The position numbers and the translations under genes are program-made. Below, piece after piece: positions 25,704 to 38,466 of a DNA stretch of 64,000 bases; positions within the stretch are counted from its first letter, which is position 1, and each line of letters starts with the position of its first letter. The stretch comes from Cyanophora paradoxa CCMP329. Lineage: Eukaryota; Plantae; Glaucophyta. The notes beneath the pieces are model-generated. The model was given only the letters and a program-made list of their open reading frames with translations, had not been told where the DNA came from and did not search any database. The DNA lies in contig QPMI01000071.1 of assembly GCA_004431415.1 (NCBI GenBank), positions 124,001 to 188,000 of the forward strand. The letters run 5' to 3'.

Positions 25704-27675
25704 ATGATTACATACAATATTAATACATATACGTAAAATTGTGTTGTTAGCATCATTTAAGAGCAACCTTCTTGAATTCACGAACTTAGCTGTAGAATTT
25801 TATAACGTTTTAGTAAAGGAACAGGAAAGGGACATGCTGCCGGCCCTTGCTATAGGACCTGACGATCAATTTCAACATGACTGTCGGCATGGCCAACCAG
25901 GACTGAACCTAGAACGGCATCGAAGCTTCCATTAATTTAATTTTCCAAGACATATGTACACAGTTAGGTGATTCGTCAACTTCAATTCTACTGGATAGCT
26001 AAATCCCGCCGCGCCCCATCGAGATTTCGAGTCCATGCAGGCAGATCTAGATAGCGCATGACCATGATTTAATTTTGTCCTTGCTTTGGCAAGTTGTGCC
26101 CCCATTGTGCCTGGTGTTTCACTATAACTGTTGTTTGTTTATTTCATGTGATCACGCGCTTAGCTACCGATGTAGAATTTAATATTTAATCAACAAGCAG
26201 TCAAATTAAAGGACCGTGAATTGAACTTGCTGCACACCCCCTCACTTTCCTGCCCCTGCTTCCTGCGCCCTCTGCGCCCCGCCCTTCGATTTCCCGCCCC
26301 AGCATTCTGCCCCCCCTGCGCCATATCCTATAGCTAGGCCTTCCATCGGAGCCACCCTCTTCGAATTCGGGGAGGAGGGGGGTTGGGGGTTGGGGGGGGG
26401 GGGGGGGGGGGGGTGATCAAGCTAGGGTCACCGCTTCCGCCTCTGCCCAGCTCCGCGCGGGGCCATGCCCGCTACTACCTGGCGACCGTCGAACCGTTTC
26501 CCCACCTCGAGCTCGTCACCTTCGGCATTTCCTATGCCTGAGCCCGCCCGCTCAAGCCTCGCCTCAGCCGAGCCCGCTCGGCTTCAAGCCCTAGGCCTGA
26601 GCCCGCCCACTCAATTGCAAGCCATATTGAATATTTTGCAACGAAAGGCCAATAGCTATAGGGTCCGTGTACGTAGCCGGATCTGGAGGTCATTGCGCCG
26701 GTTGGCGCGGCCACCCCGTGAACAAGTGCGGCAGCCCCGCGAGGGTGTGGGATGCGGGCGAAGGGGAGGGGGGGGGGGGAGGGGGGGGGAGGGGGGAAGA
26801 GCGAAGGGCGAAGGGCAAAGAGGGGAGCCCCATACAGGCCGAGCGCATGCGAGCACAATACCCCTCCCCAGCGGCCTCCCCCCAACGCTTAGCTGCGGGG
26901 CGATCTTAGAGCATGCGCCCATAGCCGGAGTACTGGTTGAGGCGTGCGCCTGAGGAAGGGGAAGGCCCCGGAGGGCGGGGGTGAGGGGGCGGGGGTGGGG
27001 GGCGGGGGGCCCGGGGAAGGGGGTGCGGAATAGGGGAGGAGCAAGTCTTGTACGCGTTCTCGGTGGTTCAGCGAACTCAGGGGAATAGAGATGGGATGGG
27101 TAGAAAGACGGAGGGACGGGCGAGAGACGAGAAGGGAAGCCGGACGCCGGGGAAGAAGGGGGGGGGGGGTGGGGGGGGTGGGGGGGGGGGGAGGAGGCTC
27201 CTGCTCGTTCGAATTTCGGAATTGACCACGGGCCGAGGGGGGGAAAAGGCCGCCTACAAGGAAGCCCGACCCCTGGATCTGGCTCCCGGACGGCCGCTCG
27301 GTCAGCGAGAAGAGGCGGAGCGGGGCGGGGCGGGGCGGGGCGGGGCGGGGCGGGGCGGGGCCTTCGAACCTTGGTGTGGGGCGGAGCCCCCAGCCTCGGC
27401 GCCCCTCGAACATCCGCGTTCAGCCGCCTCAAAGCCACCGCCGCAGCCGCCTGTGAAGAGCCGGGCGGGGCGGGGCTCGAACTCGAGGAGCCCGCTCGTT
27501 CCCGTACACCCCGGCTGCGGAGAAAGGTCCTCGCGAGGGGGGTTCGGGGGATCTGCAGGCGGTCGGTCGTTCGGACTCCGGGAGCGGAAGCGCCGGCGGG
27601 GTAAGGCGGGGCGGGGCGCGGGGCGGGGAGCGGGGGGCACCTCGGCAGCCGGGGGTACCGGCACATGAACGCCCG

Positions 27676-29731
27676 CTAGGAGTACGGCGGCCGCCCCGCA
27701 AACATGCGCCGCACTTCGGCGCGGACGTCTTCTTCGCCGTCGAATTCGATCTCGACGGCGACCCCGGGGCGGAGGCCGGCGAGAACCTGGCGGGCGGGCG
27801 GGCGCGTCGGAAGGGGCGGGGCGTGCGGGCGGGGGCGGGCGTCGAGGGCGCACCTCCAAGGGCCGGAGGGAGGCGGATGGGCCCAGGCTCGAGGAGCCGA
27901 GGCGGAGGCGTTCCAACGCCGGCAGGGCGAGGATCGCCTCCGCCTCCGCCTCCTCCAGCGGCCGGAAGACGCTGAGGTCGAGGCTCGTGAGGGCGCGCCG
28001 GGCGCCGGCGCTCTCCAGCAGGCCGAGGAGGCCAGAGGGCTCCAGAAGGTCTGCGCAGTGAGCACTGAGCATTGATGGAAGGCGCGCCGCCGCCGCCGGC
28101 GCTGCGCGGGATCACGCGCGCGGAGGGCGTATACGTACCCTGCACGCGCAGGTCCAGCTTGAGCGTGAGCCTCTCGAGGCGGGACAGGCCGGAGATCGCC
28201 TCTCCCAGGGCGCCCAGGGCGGCGGCGGCGTCCGGCCCGGTCGACGTGATCGACACGGCCGCCTCGCGGAGGCTCGCGTCGCCGTCGGCGGGGCCGATCT
28301 GCAGGCCAAGGGCGCCATCGATGTCGATCAGCGCGAGCGAAGATCGCGCGAAATCGATCACGTGATCGCACCGTGATCGTGGAGGATCGGAAGGACTCGA
28401 GCCGCGGCATGCGGCCCAGCGACGCGAGAAGGGCGGCATCGCCGAGCTCCGAGGAGGCGGGGACGGCGCCGGGAGAGGGGCACGGGAACTCGCCCTCCCT
28501 GAGCGGCCCAGCGGGAGTCAGAAGAAGAAGGAGGAAGAGGAGGAGGAGGGGGGGGGGGAGAGCGGACGGGTACAGGCCGAGGTCGTCGAAGAGAGCGACG
28601 CTCCTGAGGCTCCTGCCCGCCGGGCCGTCCGCGAGGGCCGCCAGGCCGGCGCTCACGTCCGACGAGGAGTCCGGGTCCGCCGACGGCCACGCGGCGACCA
28701 GCCGCTCGAGGTGCGCCAGGGGCGCAAGGGCCGCCAGAGCCTCCGGGACGCATTGGTAGTCGGCAGAGACGCAGAGGGACTCCAGGAGGGGGCAGGCGGC
28801 GGCGATGGCCGCCGCAGCGTCCGGCCTGATGCCGAACGAGTTGCTCGAGAAGAGGGCGAGGGACCGCAGCCTGCCGAAGGGGGCCAGGGCGGCCCGCAGC
28901 TCGTCCGCCTCGGGCCACGCCAGCCGATCCGTGGTCATGTCCTCGTCGATGTCTTTGCCGACGCAGCCGACGCTGAGGCTCTCGAGTGCGCTGGTCGCCC
29001 CCTCCGGCGGCGCCAGCGCCCGCAGCACTCCGAGCACGCAGGCGTCCAGAAAGTCCGCGTCGGTTTCGCCTTGGAAGGCGAACAAGGCTTCTGCGCCACG
29101 AAGCTCGACGATCACCTCCCGCGGCTGCGGCTGCGGTTGCGCCGGGCCGCCGCGGCTGCCGGTGATCGCTGCGAGGACGCTGCACGCCGCCTCGACGGTG
29201 CGCCGGTGGCCCTGCTGCGCTGCTTTCGCGCCTTTGAACGCGAAGAGCTCCGGCCGGAGCGCGACGCTGGCGCCTGTGCTGAGTCGCAGCTTGCGCTGGC
29301 CGAAGAGCTCTGCCACGGCGCTGTACAGGTACGCTTGCTCGCCGTCTTGCGTGCGCCCCGCTTGCGTTCGCCCCTTCCCGTCTGCGCGGATCGTCGCAAC
29401 GAGCTCGAAGCTCGCCCACGCCGTGTCCTCAACCGAGCGTCGCCACCGCCTGCCTCGCGCGATCAAGCCCAGAAACGCAATTGCAAAGCTAGCGCTGAAG
29501 GCGGCCGCGGCTGCGCGCGGCCGATGCTGACCTGGACACGCCGCGCAGGGGCCAGCTCGCCCGAAGCCCGAGCGCCCTGAAGACGGCGCTCATCACCGCG
29601 TCCGGCAGCGCGTCGAACGCTGCCGCCGCCGCCGCTTGCGGTGACGCGGACGCAGCGCCAGCTGGATCTTCGATGCGGGCCCGCTTCTCCGCACGCCCTT
29701 CCGTCGATGAGCTCGCGGAAGTATCTGACAT
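27676..29731 (-). CDS. F-box / LRR (RNI-like) protein, copy 1
   Basis: GRAEKRAR NLS-like motif; F-box FDALPDAVMSAVFRALGLRASWPLRGVSR|RWRR with a GT..CAG intron; LxxLxL repeats (LESLSV, LRSLAL, CPLLESLCV, LAHLERL, LSRLERLTL, LPALERLRL). Confidence 0.8.
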
Positions 29732-30044
29732 CGCTCACCGCTCCAGGCAGTTCTGCGGCCCTCGCGTTCAGCGGGCGACGAAGTTGCGCGAGCCGGGCGA
29801 GCCGCGGGGGCCATTAGCGGGCGTCTCGCACCTCGCACCCAGCACCTCGGCGGCTGCTCGCTTGCTGGCCGTCGGCGCTTCCAGGTCAAGCAGTGCGTAC
29901 TGGTCGGCTATCGTACCCCGGCAAACCCAGCTCACTGAGCTCAGGCCCAGCTGCGCGCGTGTTGGAGCCCCGCCGGTGCTTCCGTGGCCGGTCTTTACGT
30001 TGAGGCGACGCTGGCGGCGCGGCCTGCCCTCGCGCGCTCGCATG

Positions 30045-31083
30045 CTCGTTCGACGAGCATGGGGTGCTCGCAGCTCCTCGGTCCAGCGCGTGCCGGCGAC
30101 GCGCCGCGATGTGCAGAGGTTGCGGAGCGTCCTCGGAGCTGACCGGCTCCGCCTCGTCTGCTCGTGAGCCCGGCTTCATGGCGCGGTGAGTGCGGAGCTC
30201 CGTGGGACCATCGTAAGCGTTCAGCGCCGACTGATATGGGTGCCCGTGCAGGCTCGTGCGCTGCGGTCCGTCCCTCGCTTCGACGCGTCGGGTCGGCCTG
30301 GTGCGGGTGCGCTCTCCCCGCACGAGGCGCGCGGGCTCTGAGTGGATCCCGTGCGGTTATAGAGGTGTGAACGGAACTTTCGAAAATGGCCCGCTATCCG
30401 TCGCTCTGCGCCGCCCGTTGGGCGCTTCCAGCCAACCAGATGAGTCGAGTCACATCCAGTCCCATCCGTCCCATCGACCGTCCCATCGGCCGCTCGCTCG
30501 CGATGAGGCTTCATGCGAGCTTCAGGTGCTCATCGGTTTGGTGCTGGCCCGCCCCGCCGCCCCCCAGAGCTCCCCACCACCTGACGCTCGGCCCGGCCTG
30601 TTTTTCCGCTGTACCCCTCCGCCACGGCGCCGCGTGGGCCCCCGGCCGTCACATTCGGACTCTCGGCTTCGTTCTCGTTCGAACGGTGTGCGTCACGCCG
30701 TGGGTAGCGTCGAAAGCTCCTGTACCCCCCTCGCCCGCCGCCGGCCGACCTTCGCCCCAGGACCCCGTTGTTTTTCCTCCCGCCCCTTTCGAGGGCGACG
30801 GATCCGATGGTGAGCTCCTCGCGGTCCAGTCCTGTGCGTATCGCGAGCTGATCCGGAACCCGGCCCTTGGATCAGGTACCCCCGCGCTTTGGCGGCCAGG
30901 CCGGGGGCCGCGGGGCCGAGCTCCGGCGTCGGAGTGGGGAGCGAGAAGTCCACCGCCGCTGCCGCTGCCGCCGAGCGCGGGCGATCGACCGGTGGGCGTG
31001 CGCTGGCTGGAGCAGAGGCTGAAGCATTCGCCGCCGGCGCCGCCACTCCTGTGGCCCCTTTCCCCCCCCCTCTTCGATCGAAT
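30045..31083. repeat. ~1-kb dispersed block, copy B
   Basis: Same core as copy A; shares the right end cactcctgtggcccctttcccccc..tcttcgatcgaat with copy A. Confidence 0.88.
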
Positions 31084-31411
31084 CCCTCCCCTATCCCCTC
31101 TCTCTCTCTCTGACTACCGACCTTGCAAGCGGATCGCATTAGTTACTTCATAAACACCAGAGCAGGGAGTGGCAGCGTAGGGGAGGGCGGGGCGGGCCGG
31201 GGCAAGCCAATGAAGGGCTGTCCGGGCCGGGGCAGGCGGCCGCCGCCGCCGGGCCAGGGCGGACGTGGGGGGGCGGGGGCGACGGGGCGGGGCGCAGCGG
31301 CTCGTCGCGGCTCGTCGGCGCAGGAGCGGTCGCGGGCAGCGGCGGCTCGTCAGTCCACCGGGCAGAGAGGAGGGGCGGGAGGAGCCTCCGGGAAGGCAAG
31401 GCAAGGCAGCG

Positions 31412-31712
31412 CTACTCCACCCACGTCGATGGGCGCCCCGCGAAGACGTGCCGCACGGCGCCAACGGCGGCCTTGGTGCTCCGAGACCGGGCGAGCTGCA
31501 GGTCCACGCACAGCTCCACCCGGGGCGGAGGCCGCGCAGGATCTGCCGCGCGGTCGGCCGGGGCGCGCGGGCGGGGCGGGGCGGGGCGGGCGGGGCGGGG
31601 CGGGGCGGGGCGGGGCCGGCCGGCAGGCACCTCGAGGGGGCGGAGGGGAACGTCGGTCTCGTAACGCGCGCTGAGCTCGAGGCACTCGAGGGCGGGCAGG
31701 GCGAGGATCGCG
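31412..31712 (-). pseudogene. Orphan 3' fragment (last two exons) of an F-box/LRR gene
   Basis: ILALPALECLELS..PLRPLE|intron|ILRGLRPGVELCVDL..VRHVFAGRP matches the ends of the full copies; no upstream exons. Confidence 0.65.
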
Positions 31713-31888
31713 GAGCGGGGCGCGCCTCTGGAGGGGTGGCAGGAAGAAGGGGCGGCGCGGGGACGCGCACGCGACGGCGCGAGCCGCTGGGGGGCGTCTT
31801 TGTGGGGGAGAGGGAAAGGGGGGGGGAGGGGGGGGAGGGGAGGGGACGGGGGGGAGAGGAAGGGTGGGGAGGGGAGCGAGCGGGCCCG

Positions 31889-33909
31889 CTAGGACGGGCG
31901 CCCCGCGAACAAGAGCTCGACGCGGGCGTCTGCCCTCCTGAGGGCCCCGTAGTCCACGTCGTCCTCGTCCCTGAGGCGGGCCCCCACAGCGATTTCGGGG
32001 CGGAGGCCGGCGAGCATCTGGCGGGCGGGCGGGCGGGCGCGCGCGCGCGTTGGAAGGGGCGGGGCGGGCGGTGATCTTGAGGGCGTGCCGCACCTCAAAG
32101 GGCCGAAGAGGGGTACGGGGGCCGAAGGTGGAGATAACGTAGAGGCGCTGGAGGGCGGGCAGGGCCAGGATCGCCTCCGCGTCGGACTCTTCCAGCGGCC
32201 GTTCGATGGAGAAGTACAGATTCGTGAGGGCGCGCCGCGCGCCGGCGCTCTCCAAGAGGCCGACCACCGTCTCGGGGCTTGAGGACCCCGCTGCGCGCGC
32301 GAGGATGAGCTCCGATTGAAGGCCGGAAGCCTCGTCATGTTGGCTCACCCCACATATGCAGAACGAGCTTGAGCTTCTCGAGGCGGGGAAGGCTAGACAG
32401 CGCTTCCGCGAGAGCCCGCAGGGCGGCCGCGACTCGGGAGTCGTCGGACCCGCCAGTGATCCACACGTCGGCCTCGCGAAGGCTCGCCGCCCGCCCGAGG
32501 CCGAGGAGTGTTGCCGGATCCACCTCGTCAGGGTCGAACTGCAGGTGGCCGTCCATCAGCGAGAGCAGCGCGAACTCAGGGACATCGATTCCGCACCACG
32601 AGGGGTCGGAAAGACTCGAGGCGAGGCATGCCGCTCACCGCGAGCAGGGCGGCATCATGGAGCGTCGCATATGCCAGCTCGGCGCCGGGAGAGGGGCGCG
32701 GGAACTCGCCCTCCCTGGTCGCCATTAACGCGTATCAGATCCAACGGATGCGGCGCAAGCAAAGAGGGAAGCGCACTTGAACACGTTGGCCTCCTCGTAG
32801 AGAGCGACGCCCCTGAGGCTCTTGCCCGCAGGGCCGTCGGCGAGCGAGACAAGGCCGTCGCCGATGTCGGAAGAGGAATCCGCCGATGACCACGCGACAG
32901 TCAGCTGCTCGAGGTGCGCCAGGCGTCCGAGGGCCGCCAGGATCCCCGAAATCGATTCGTGGTAGACGACCAGGGTGAGAGACGTCAGGAGGGGGCAGGC
33001 GGCGGCGATGGATGCTGCGGTGGCCGGACAGACTCCGAGCGAGTTGCGTGAGAAGAGGTCGAGGGACTGCAGCCTGCCAAAGGGGGCCAGGGCAGCCCGC
33101 AGCTCGGCTGGCTCAGGAAGCGACAATCGGTCTTCGGACATCTCTCGAGCGCCATTGTCGCTGACGCAGCCGACACTGAGGCTCTCCAGGACGCTGGTTG
33201 CCCACGCCGGCGGCGCCAGCGCCCGCAGCACTCCGAGCACGTAGGCAACCAGAAAGTCCGCGTCGGGTCTCCTATGGAATGAGAACACGGCATCTGCGCC
33301 GCGAAGCTCGACGATCACCTCCCGCGGCTGCGGCTGCGCCGGACCGCCGTGGCTGCCGGTGATCGCTGCGAGGAGGCTGCACGCCGCCTCCACGGTGCGC
33401 CGGTGGCCCCGGTGGGCCTGCAGCTGCTGCGCTGCTTTCACGCCTGCGACCTTGAAGAGCTTCGGCCTGAGCGCGACGCTGGCGCCTGCGCCGAGTCGCA
33501 GCTTGCGCTGGTCGAAGAGCTCCGCCACAGCGCTGTACACGTACGCTTGCTGGCCATCTCGCGTGAGCGCGGATCTGCACTTAATCCGCCGTTCAAGCTT
33601 GAAGTCCATCCATGGCCACTCCGTGTCCTGGACCACTCGTCTCCACCGCCTGCCGCCCGTGGTCAAATGCCGCTGCGGCCGCCGTGGGGCGATGCGGAAT
33701 GAGGACCTGCACACGGCACGCAGGGGCCAGCTCGCCCGAAGCCCGAGCGCCCTGAAGACGTTGCTCATCACCGCGTCCGGCAGCGCGTCGAACGCTGCAA
33801 CTGCTGCTGCCGTCTGCGGAGGCGGGGGCGCGGGCTCGTCTGGCTCTTCGATGCGAGCCAGCTTCGCCGCACGCCCTTCCGTCGCTGCTTCAGCGGCGGT
33901 ATTCGACAT
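31889..33909 (-). CDS. F-box / LRR protein, copy 2
   Basis: MSNTAAEAATEGRAAKLAR..FDALPDAVMSNVFRALGLRASWPLRAVCR|RWRR; same intron positions and LRR segments as copy 1; ends LLFAGRPS*. Confidence 0.8.
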
Positions 33910-34204
33910 CGCTCGTCGCTTTCGGCAGGTCTGCGGACATCGCGTCGGAATTGCGCTGGCCGGGCGAGCCGCGGGGGCCGTGTGCGGGTCTCTCGCACCT
34001 CGCGCGCAGCACCCCTCGGCGGCTGCTCGCTTGCTGGCCGTCGGCGCTTCCAGGTCAAGCAGCGCGTTCTGGTCGGCAATCGTACCCCGGCAAACCCAGT
34101 TCAGGTCCAGCTGCGCGCATGTTGGAGCCCCGCCGGTGCTTCCGTTACCGGTTTTTGCGTTCCGACGACGCTGGCGGCGCGGCCTGCCCTCGCGCCCTCG
34201 CATG

Positions 34205-35160
34205 CTCGTTCGACGAGCATGGGGCGCTCGCAGCTCCTCGGTCCCGCGCGTGCCGGCGACGCTTCGCGACGTGCAGAGGCTGCGGAGAATCCTCGGAGCT
34301 GACCGGCTCCGCCTCGTCTGCTCGTGAGCCCGGCTTCCGGAGTTCATGGCGCCGTGAGTGCGAAGCTCCGTGGGCCGATCGCTAGCGTTCAGCGCTGACT
34401 GATGTGCGGGCCCGAGCAGGCTCGTAAGGCTGCGGCCGCTCCTCGTTTCGATGCTTCGGGTAGGCCGGTACGGGTGCGCTTCCCCCGCACAGGCCTCGTC
34501 GGGCTCTGAGTGGATCCCGCTCGGCAGCCGCTCGGTACCATCGTTCATCGATCGCGGGCGCCCGGGCCCGCTCGGTCGTGCGCGAGCACGCCTTGCCACG
34601 TCACATCGCTCGGCCACTCGCTCGGCCACTCGCTCGCGATGAGGCTTCATGCGAGCTTCAGGTGCTCATCGGTTTGTTGCTGGCCCGCCCCGCCGCCCCC
34701 CACAGCTCCCCACCACCTGACATTCGGCAGCGCCAGTTCTTTCGCTGTACCCTTCCAGTTCTTTCGCTGTACCCTTCCGTCCCGGCTTCTTGCGGCGCCG
34801 GGGGCCCGCAGACATCTTATTCAGACTCTCGGCTTCGTTCCCGTTCGAGCGGTGTGCGTCACGCCGTGGGTAGCGTCGAAAGATCCTGTACACCCCCTCG
34901 CCCCCCGCCAGCCGACCTTCGCCCCAGGACCCCGTTGTTTTCCCTCCCGCCCCTTTCGAGGGCGACGGATCCGATGGTGAGCTCCCCGCGGGCCAGTCCT
35001 GTGCGTATCGCGAGCTGATCCGGACCCTTGCTCTGAATCAGGTACCTTTCGAGGGCGGCGGATCCGATGGTGAGCTCCGCGCGGGCCGCCGCCTCGGGCC
35101 TGGGGAGCTGGCCCTGACCCTCGCCCTGAATCAGGTACCCCCGCGCCTCGGCAAGCGAGT
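34205..35160. repeat. ~1-kb dispersed block, copy C (with internal tandem duplication)
   Basis: Same core; cctttcgagggcg.cggatccgatggtgagctcc..gaatcaggtacc occurs twice (~34952-35046 and ~35045-35140). Confidence 0.85.
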
Positions 35161-35500
35161 CGGCGGCCGCGGGGCCTCGCGCGCCCCTGGCTCGGAGCAG
35201 AGAGAGCCTGTACCCTCCAACGGGACCCCTGTGGGCAGGCGGACGGGCGCCGGCGGGCGCTTTTTTGGCCGGCGCCGGCCGAGCCCGTGCCGGACGTCCT
35301 CGTGCCGGTGGCCGCTCGGGCCGCCTTTGCCTGTCGCCCCGCCTCTTTTCGCGGCAGCCCCTTGCCCCCCCCCCTCCCCCCCCCTTCTCCCCCCCTTTCC
35401 GATCCGGCCCGGGGCCCCGGCCCCGGTCCCGTGTTCCAGTCCTCCCTTGCAGGCGGGTGCCACGGTGCGGCCTTCTCGAGCTCTGTATCGCACACGTGCT

Positions 35501-37512
35501 CTACTGGGAGCTGAGTCTGATGGTCAGAGCGCCCGCGTAGGAGACGGACACGCGGAGGAGCAGGAGCTCGAGCGCCTTGCGCGCGCCGGCGTCGAGGGCC
35601 TCGGCCGCCTTGCCGCCGAGCACGAGCTGGCGGAGGCGCCCGAGCTGCGCGACGGCCTCGATCTCGTCGGGGAAGGGCAGGGGCGACCCGACGACGAGCC
35701 GCGGGAGGACCGGGATGTCTGATCCGAGTCGCTGGCGCCGAGGACGGATGAATAAACGAACGAGATTGAGATTAGGTTAGATAGAGATTGGTCGCGTACC
35801 TTCAGAAAGGGGCCGGGGATTGTTGCGCTGCCGGGGAAGCAGCGGACAGTGAGGTGCTTGAGGGAGGACCACTGCGCCAGCGACTGCTGGCCCTGGGCGA
35901 GGGCGGAGTAGACTGAGGGGGGTAGGAGCAGCTCCAACGTCTGAGGTGCTCGGCGTTTAGAGGAAACAGACGAACGAATTCACTGTTCGAATTGATATAT
36001 ATTGGCCGACCTCGAGCTTAGAGAGGTGGGGGGCCACTGAAGCGAGCGACGTCGATGCGGCGGCGGTGTTGCCGGCGGCCACGGTCTGGTAGATGCGCGC
36101 CGACCGCAGACTCCCACCAGCCGCCGAGAGGTCCAGAAGAGGCGAGAAGTCCGCACCTCCGTCCGCGTACATCATCATGGCCTCCAGCTCCCGCATGCCT
36201 CTCAGGAAGCCGATGTGCTCGTGCTGCATGAGGACCTCGTAATCTGATCGAACGAAATCGAAACAGCGATCATTTAGAAATCGATCATGATTCGAAATAG
36301 ATAATATCGCGGACCTTGCATGCGCAAGAGTCCAGAGAGCGGCTGCAAGTCTGCTTCGGTGGCGCGCGGCGGCGGTGCCAACAGTTGTCCCTCTCGATTA
36401 TGGACGTAGATCGTCAGATGCTCGAGAAGATTGAAGGCCGCCACCGCTGCGAGAACTGGCCCAGGAGAGCTGTGTTTCTCCAGGAGAACCGAGATCTTCA
36501 AGTGCCTGAGACTCGGCGCCAGAGGCGCAAGGGCCTGTAGGGTCTCTGGAAGCACGGGGAACCTGGGCGATAGCCAGCATCAAGCACGCTGCGATTCGCG
36601 ACTCCGGGGGGGAGCGCGAAGGGGGGGGGGGGGGGGGGGGGGGGAGCGCGAAGGGGGGGGGGGGGAAGGGGGGGGGCGGACGCGCGCACTGGAAAACGAT
36701 CAAAGTCTCCAGAGGCAGCGACGCTGCAGTTCGCAAAGCGGCCTGCACGAGCGGGTTCGAGAGCTCCACCATGTTCTGCTTGATCCATGCCTCTGACTCG
36801 CCCGTGACGGTCAACTGCGGGAAGGGTCACGGTCGGGGCGCGGAAAGGGTTGAGAGGTTCACATAATTACAGCCAAGGCTGCCCGCACCGTTCGAAGATT
36901 CGAGAAGTGCGAAACACCAGTCAGCACGCGCGGAGAAAAGGTGTTGCCGAAAGCGAGGCTCAACCCTGTGAGCTGAGCATCGAACGCTTTGCAAAGCAGT
37001 TTGAAACAGTCGCTGCTCAGCGTGCCACTCCGCAGGAACAGCGCCCGAATCGCTTCTCGCCGCTCCTCAGGCTGCTGGAGGAGCCAGCTGACGGATTTAT
37101 CGCTGGCCTGAGTGATTCGGATGCGCTCCCAAAGACTAGGCTGCTGTGCGATGCTGCGAAAGCGACGAGAAACGCGGCTGAAAAGCGTCAGCCTGGCCAG
37201 CTCGACGTCACCGCGCGCGCTGCGGCCCTAGCTGGTCGACGTCGGACGCGTGCGCCCGCAGATGCTTCCAGGCTTTCTCCGATGCCGATGCCTCGCCGAT
37301 GATGCGGCCGACGAGCTCGTCGGGCAGCGCGTCGAACGGGTTGCCGCCGGCCGCCGCCGCGCCGCCCGGCGGCGTTGCCACGACACCACTGCAACTGCCT
37401 GAAAGGAGAGAGCACTGTGTCAGGTGTCACAGCGTCGCGGCGCGGCCGCGGCCGCGGGGCCCGCCGCATTCGCACCGGTGCGCGCCCGCTTCGCCTCCCG
37501 CTCGCCTTCCAT
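35501..37512 (-). CDS. Divergent F-box / LRR protein
   Basis: MEGEREAKRART..NPFDALPDELVGRII (F-box start), then LRR-like exons (LPLETLIV, LRHLKIS, LLEHLTIY, MRELEAM, SLKHLTV, LGRLRQLVLG). Many short introns. Confidence 0.65.
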
Positions 37513-38195
37513 GTCGTCGGATTGAGCTCGAGTAACTGCCGCCCTGCTGCGCTGGTGCTTGCAGCGTGCATAGCTGTTCCCACGGTGCCACCATGGCCTG
37601 GTGATGGCCACTGAAGGGGGATACCGCCACGTGCACGTTTCCTTCAGTTGCCAAGTTGTCTGGCGCGGCGCTGGCTGCTCAGCGGCTGCATGGCAGTGCA
37701 TGCAGCTGTCGACGTCACTACGCATACGGCGATTCAACTCGGAGTGGCGGAGTGTACCGATGTGGTCGGCGCTCCCTTGCGCTGGATCCGGACGCGTGGC
37801 AGCGCGCGCGTGGCGCGTCTCTTGGCTTGTCGACGTCGCCCCTTTAATTATACATAAGCTTCTGCCGCCTTTCCTCCTATAGCTATATAGCTAGCTTCCG
37901 CTTTCCCTCTCCGCCTTCCAAGCCCTTTCCCTCAGGCAGCGCTAGCGGCTTTAGCGAGCGTTCGATCGGGATCCCGATATGAAACGTGGCCTGTGATTTC
38001 AGGTGTAGCAAGGGGAAGGGGGGGAGGGAGGGGGGGGAGGGGGGGGATCCGAAGGGGTGGCGGGGATGGATGCGGAGGAGGAGGAGAGGGGCGAGGGCAA
38101 GCTCAAGGGCGGGGATCGAGGCTGAAGAGGGACGGGGGAGGGCCGGAGTGGGGCGGAAGCGGCGGGCCGCGGGCGGCGAGGGGTAGCCATGGCGG

Positions 38196-38435
38196 TCACT
38201 CCGCGTCCCCATCCGACTCCTCCCCTCCTCCCCTCCCCTTCCTCCCCCCCTCCCCTCCCCTCTCCCTCCCCACCCTCCTCCTCTCCCTCCTCTCCCTCCT
38301 CCTCCTCGTCCTCGTAGTCCCACTCGGGGAGGCGGGCGCCGAAGAGCTCGCGCATGCCGCGGCGCGCCCCTGCGTCCTCCACGTCCGACTCGATCTGCAG
38401 GGCTACCTCGGGCCGCAGGCCCGCCGCCAGGACCT

Positions 38436-38466
<31 letters not shown>

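Noticed and set aside
26465-27666. Possible additional small spliced gene between the membrane-protein gene and F-box copy 1
   Set aside because: Intron-like C-rich tracts are present, but I could not assemble a coherent reading frame or motif.
32725-34650. N-terminal extensions of F-box ORFs (641-aa and 748-aa calls) through the 1-kb block
   Set aside because: The reading frame is not conserved between block copies, and all paralogues share a downstream MS..GR..K.AR start.
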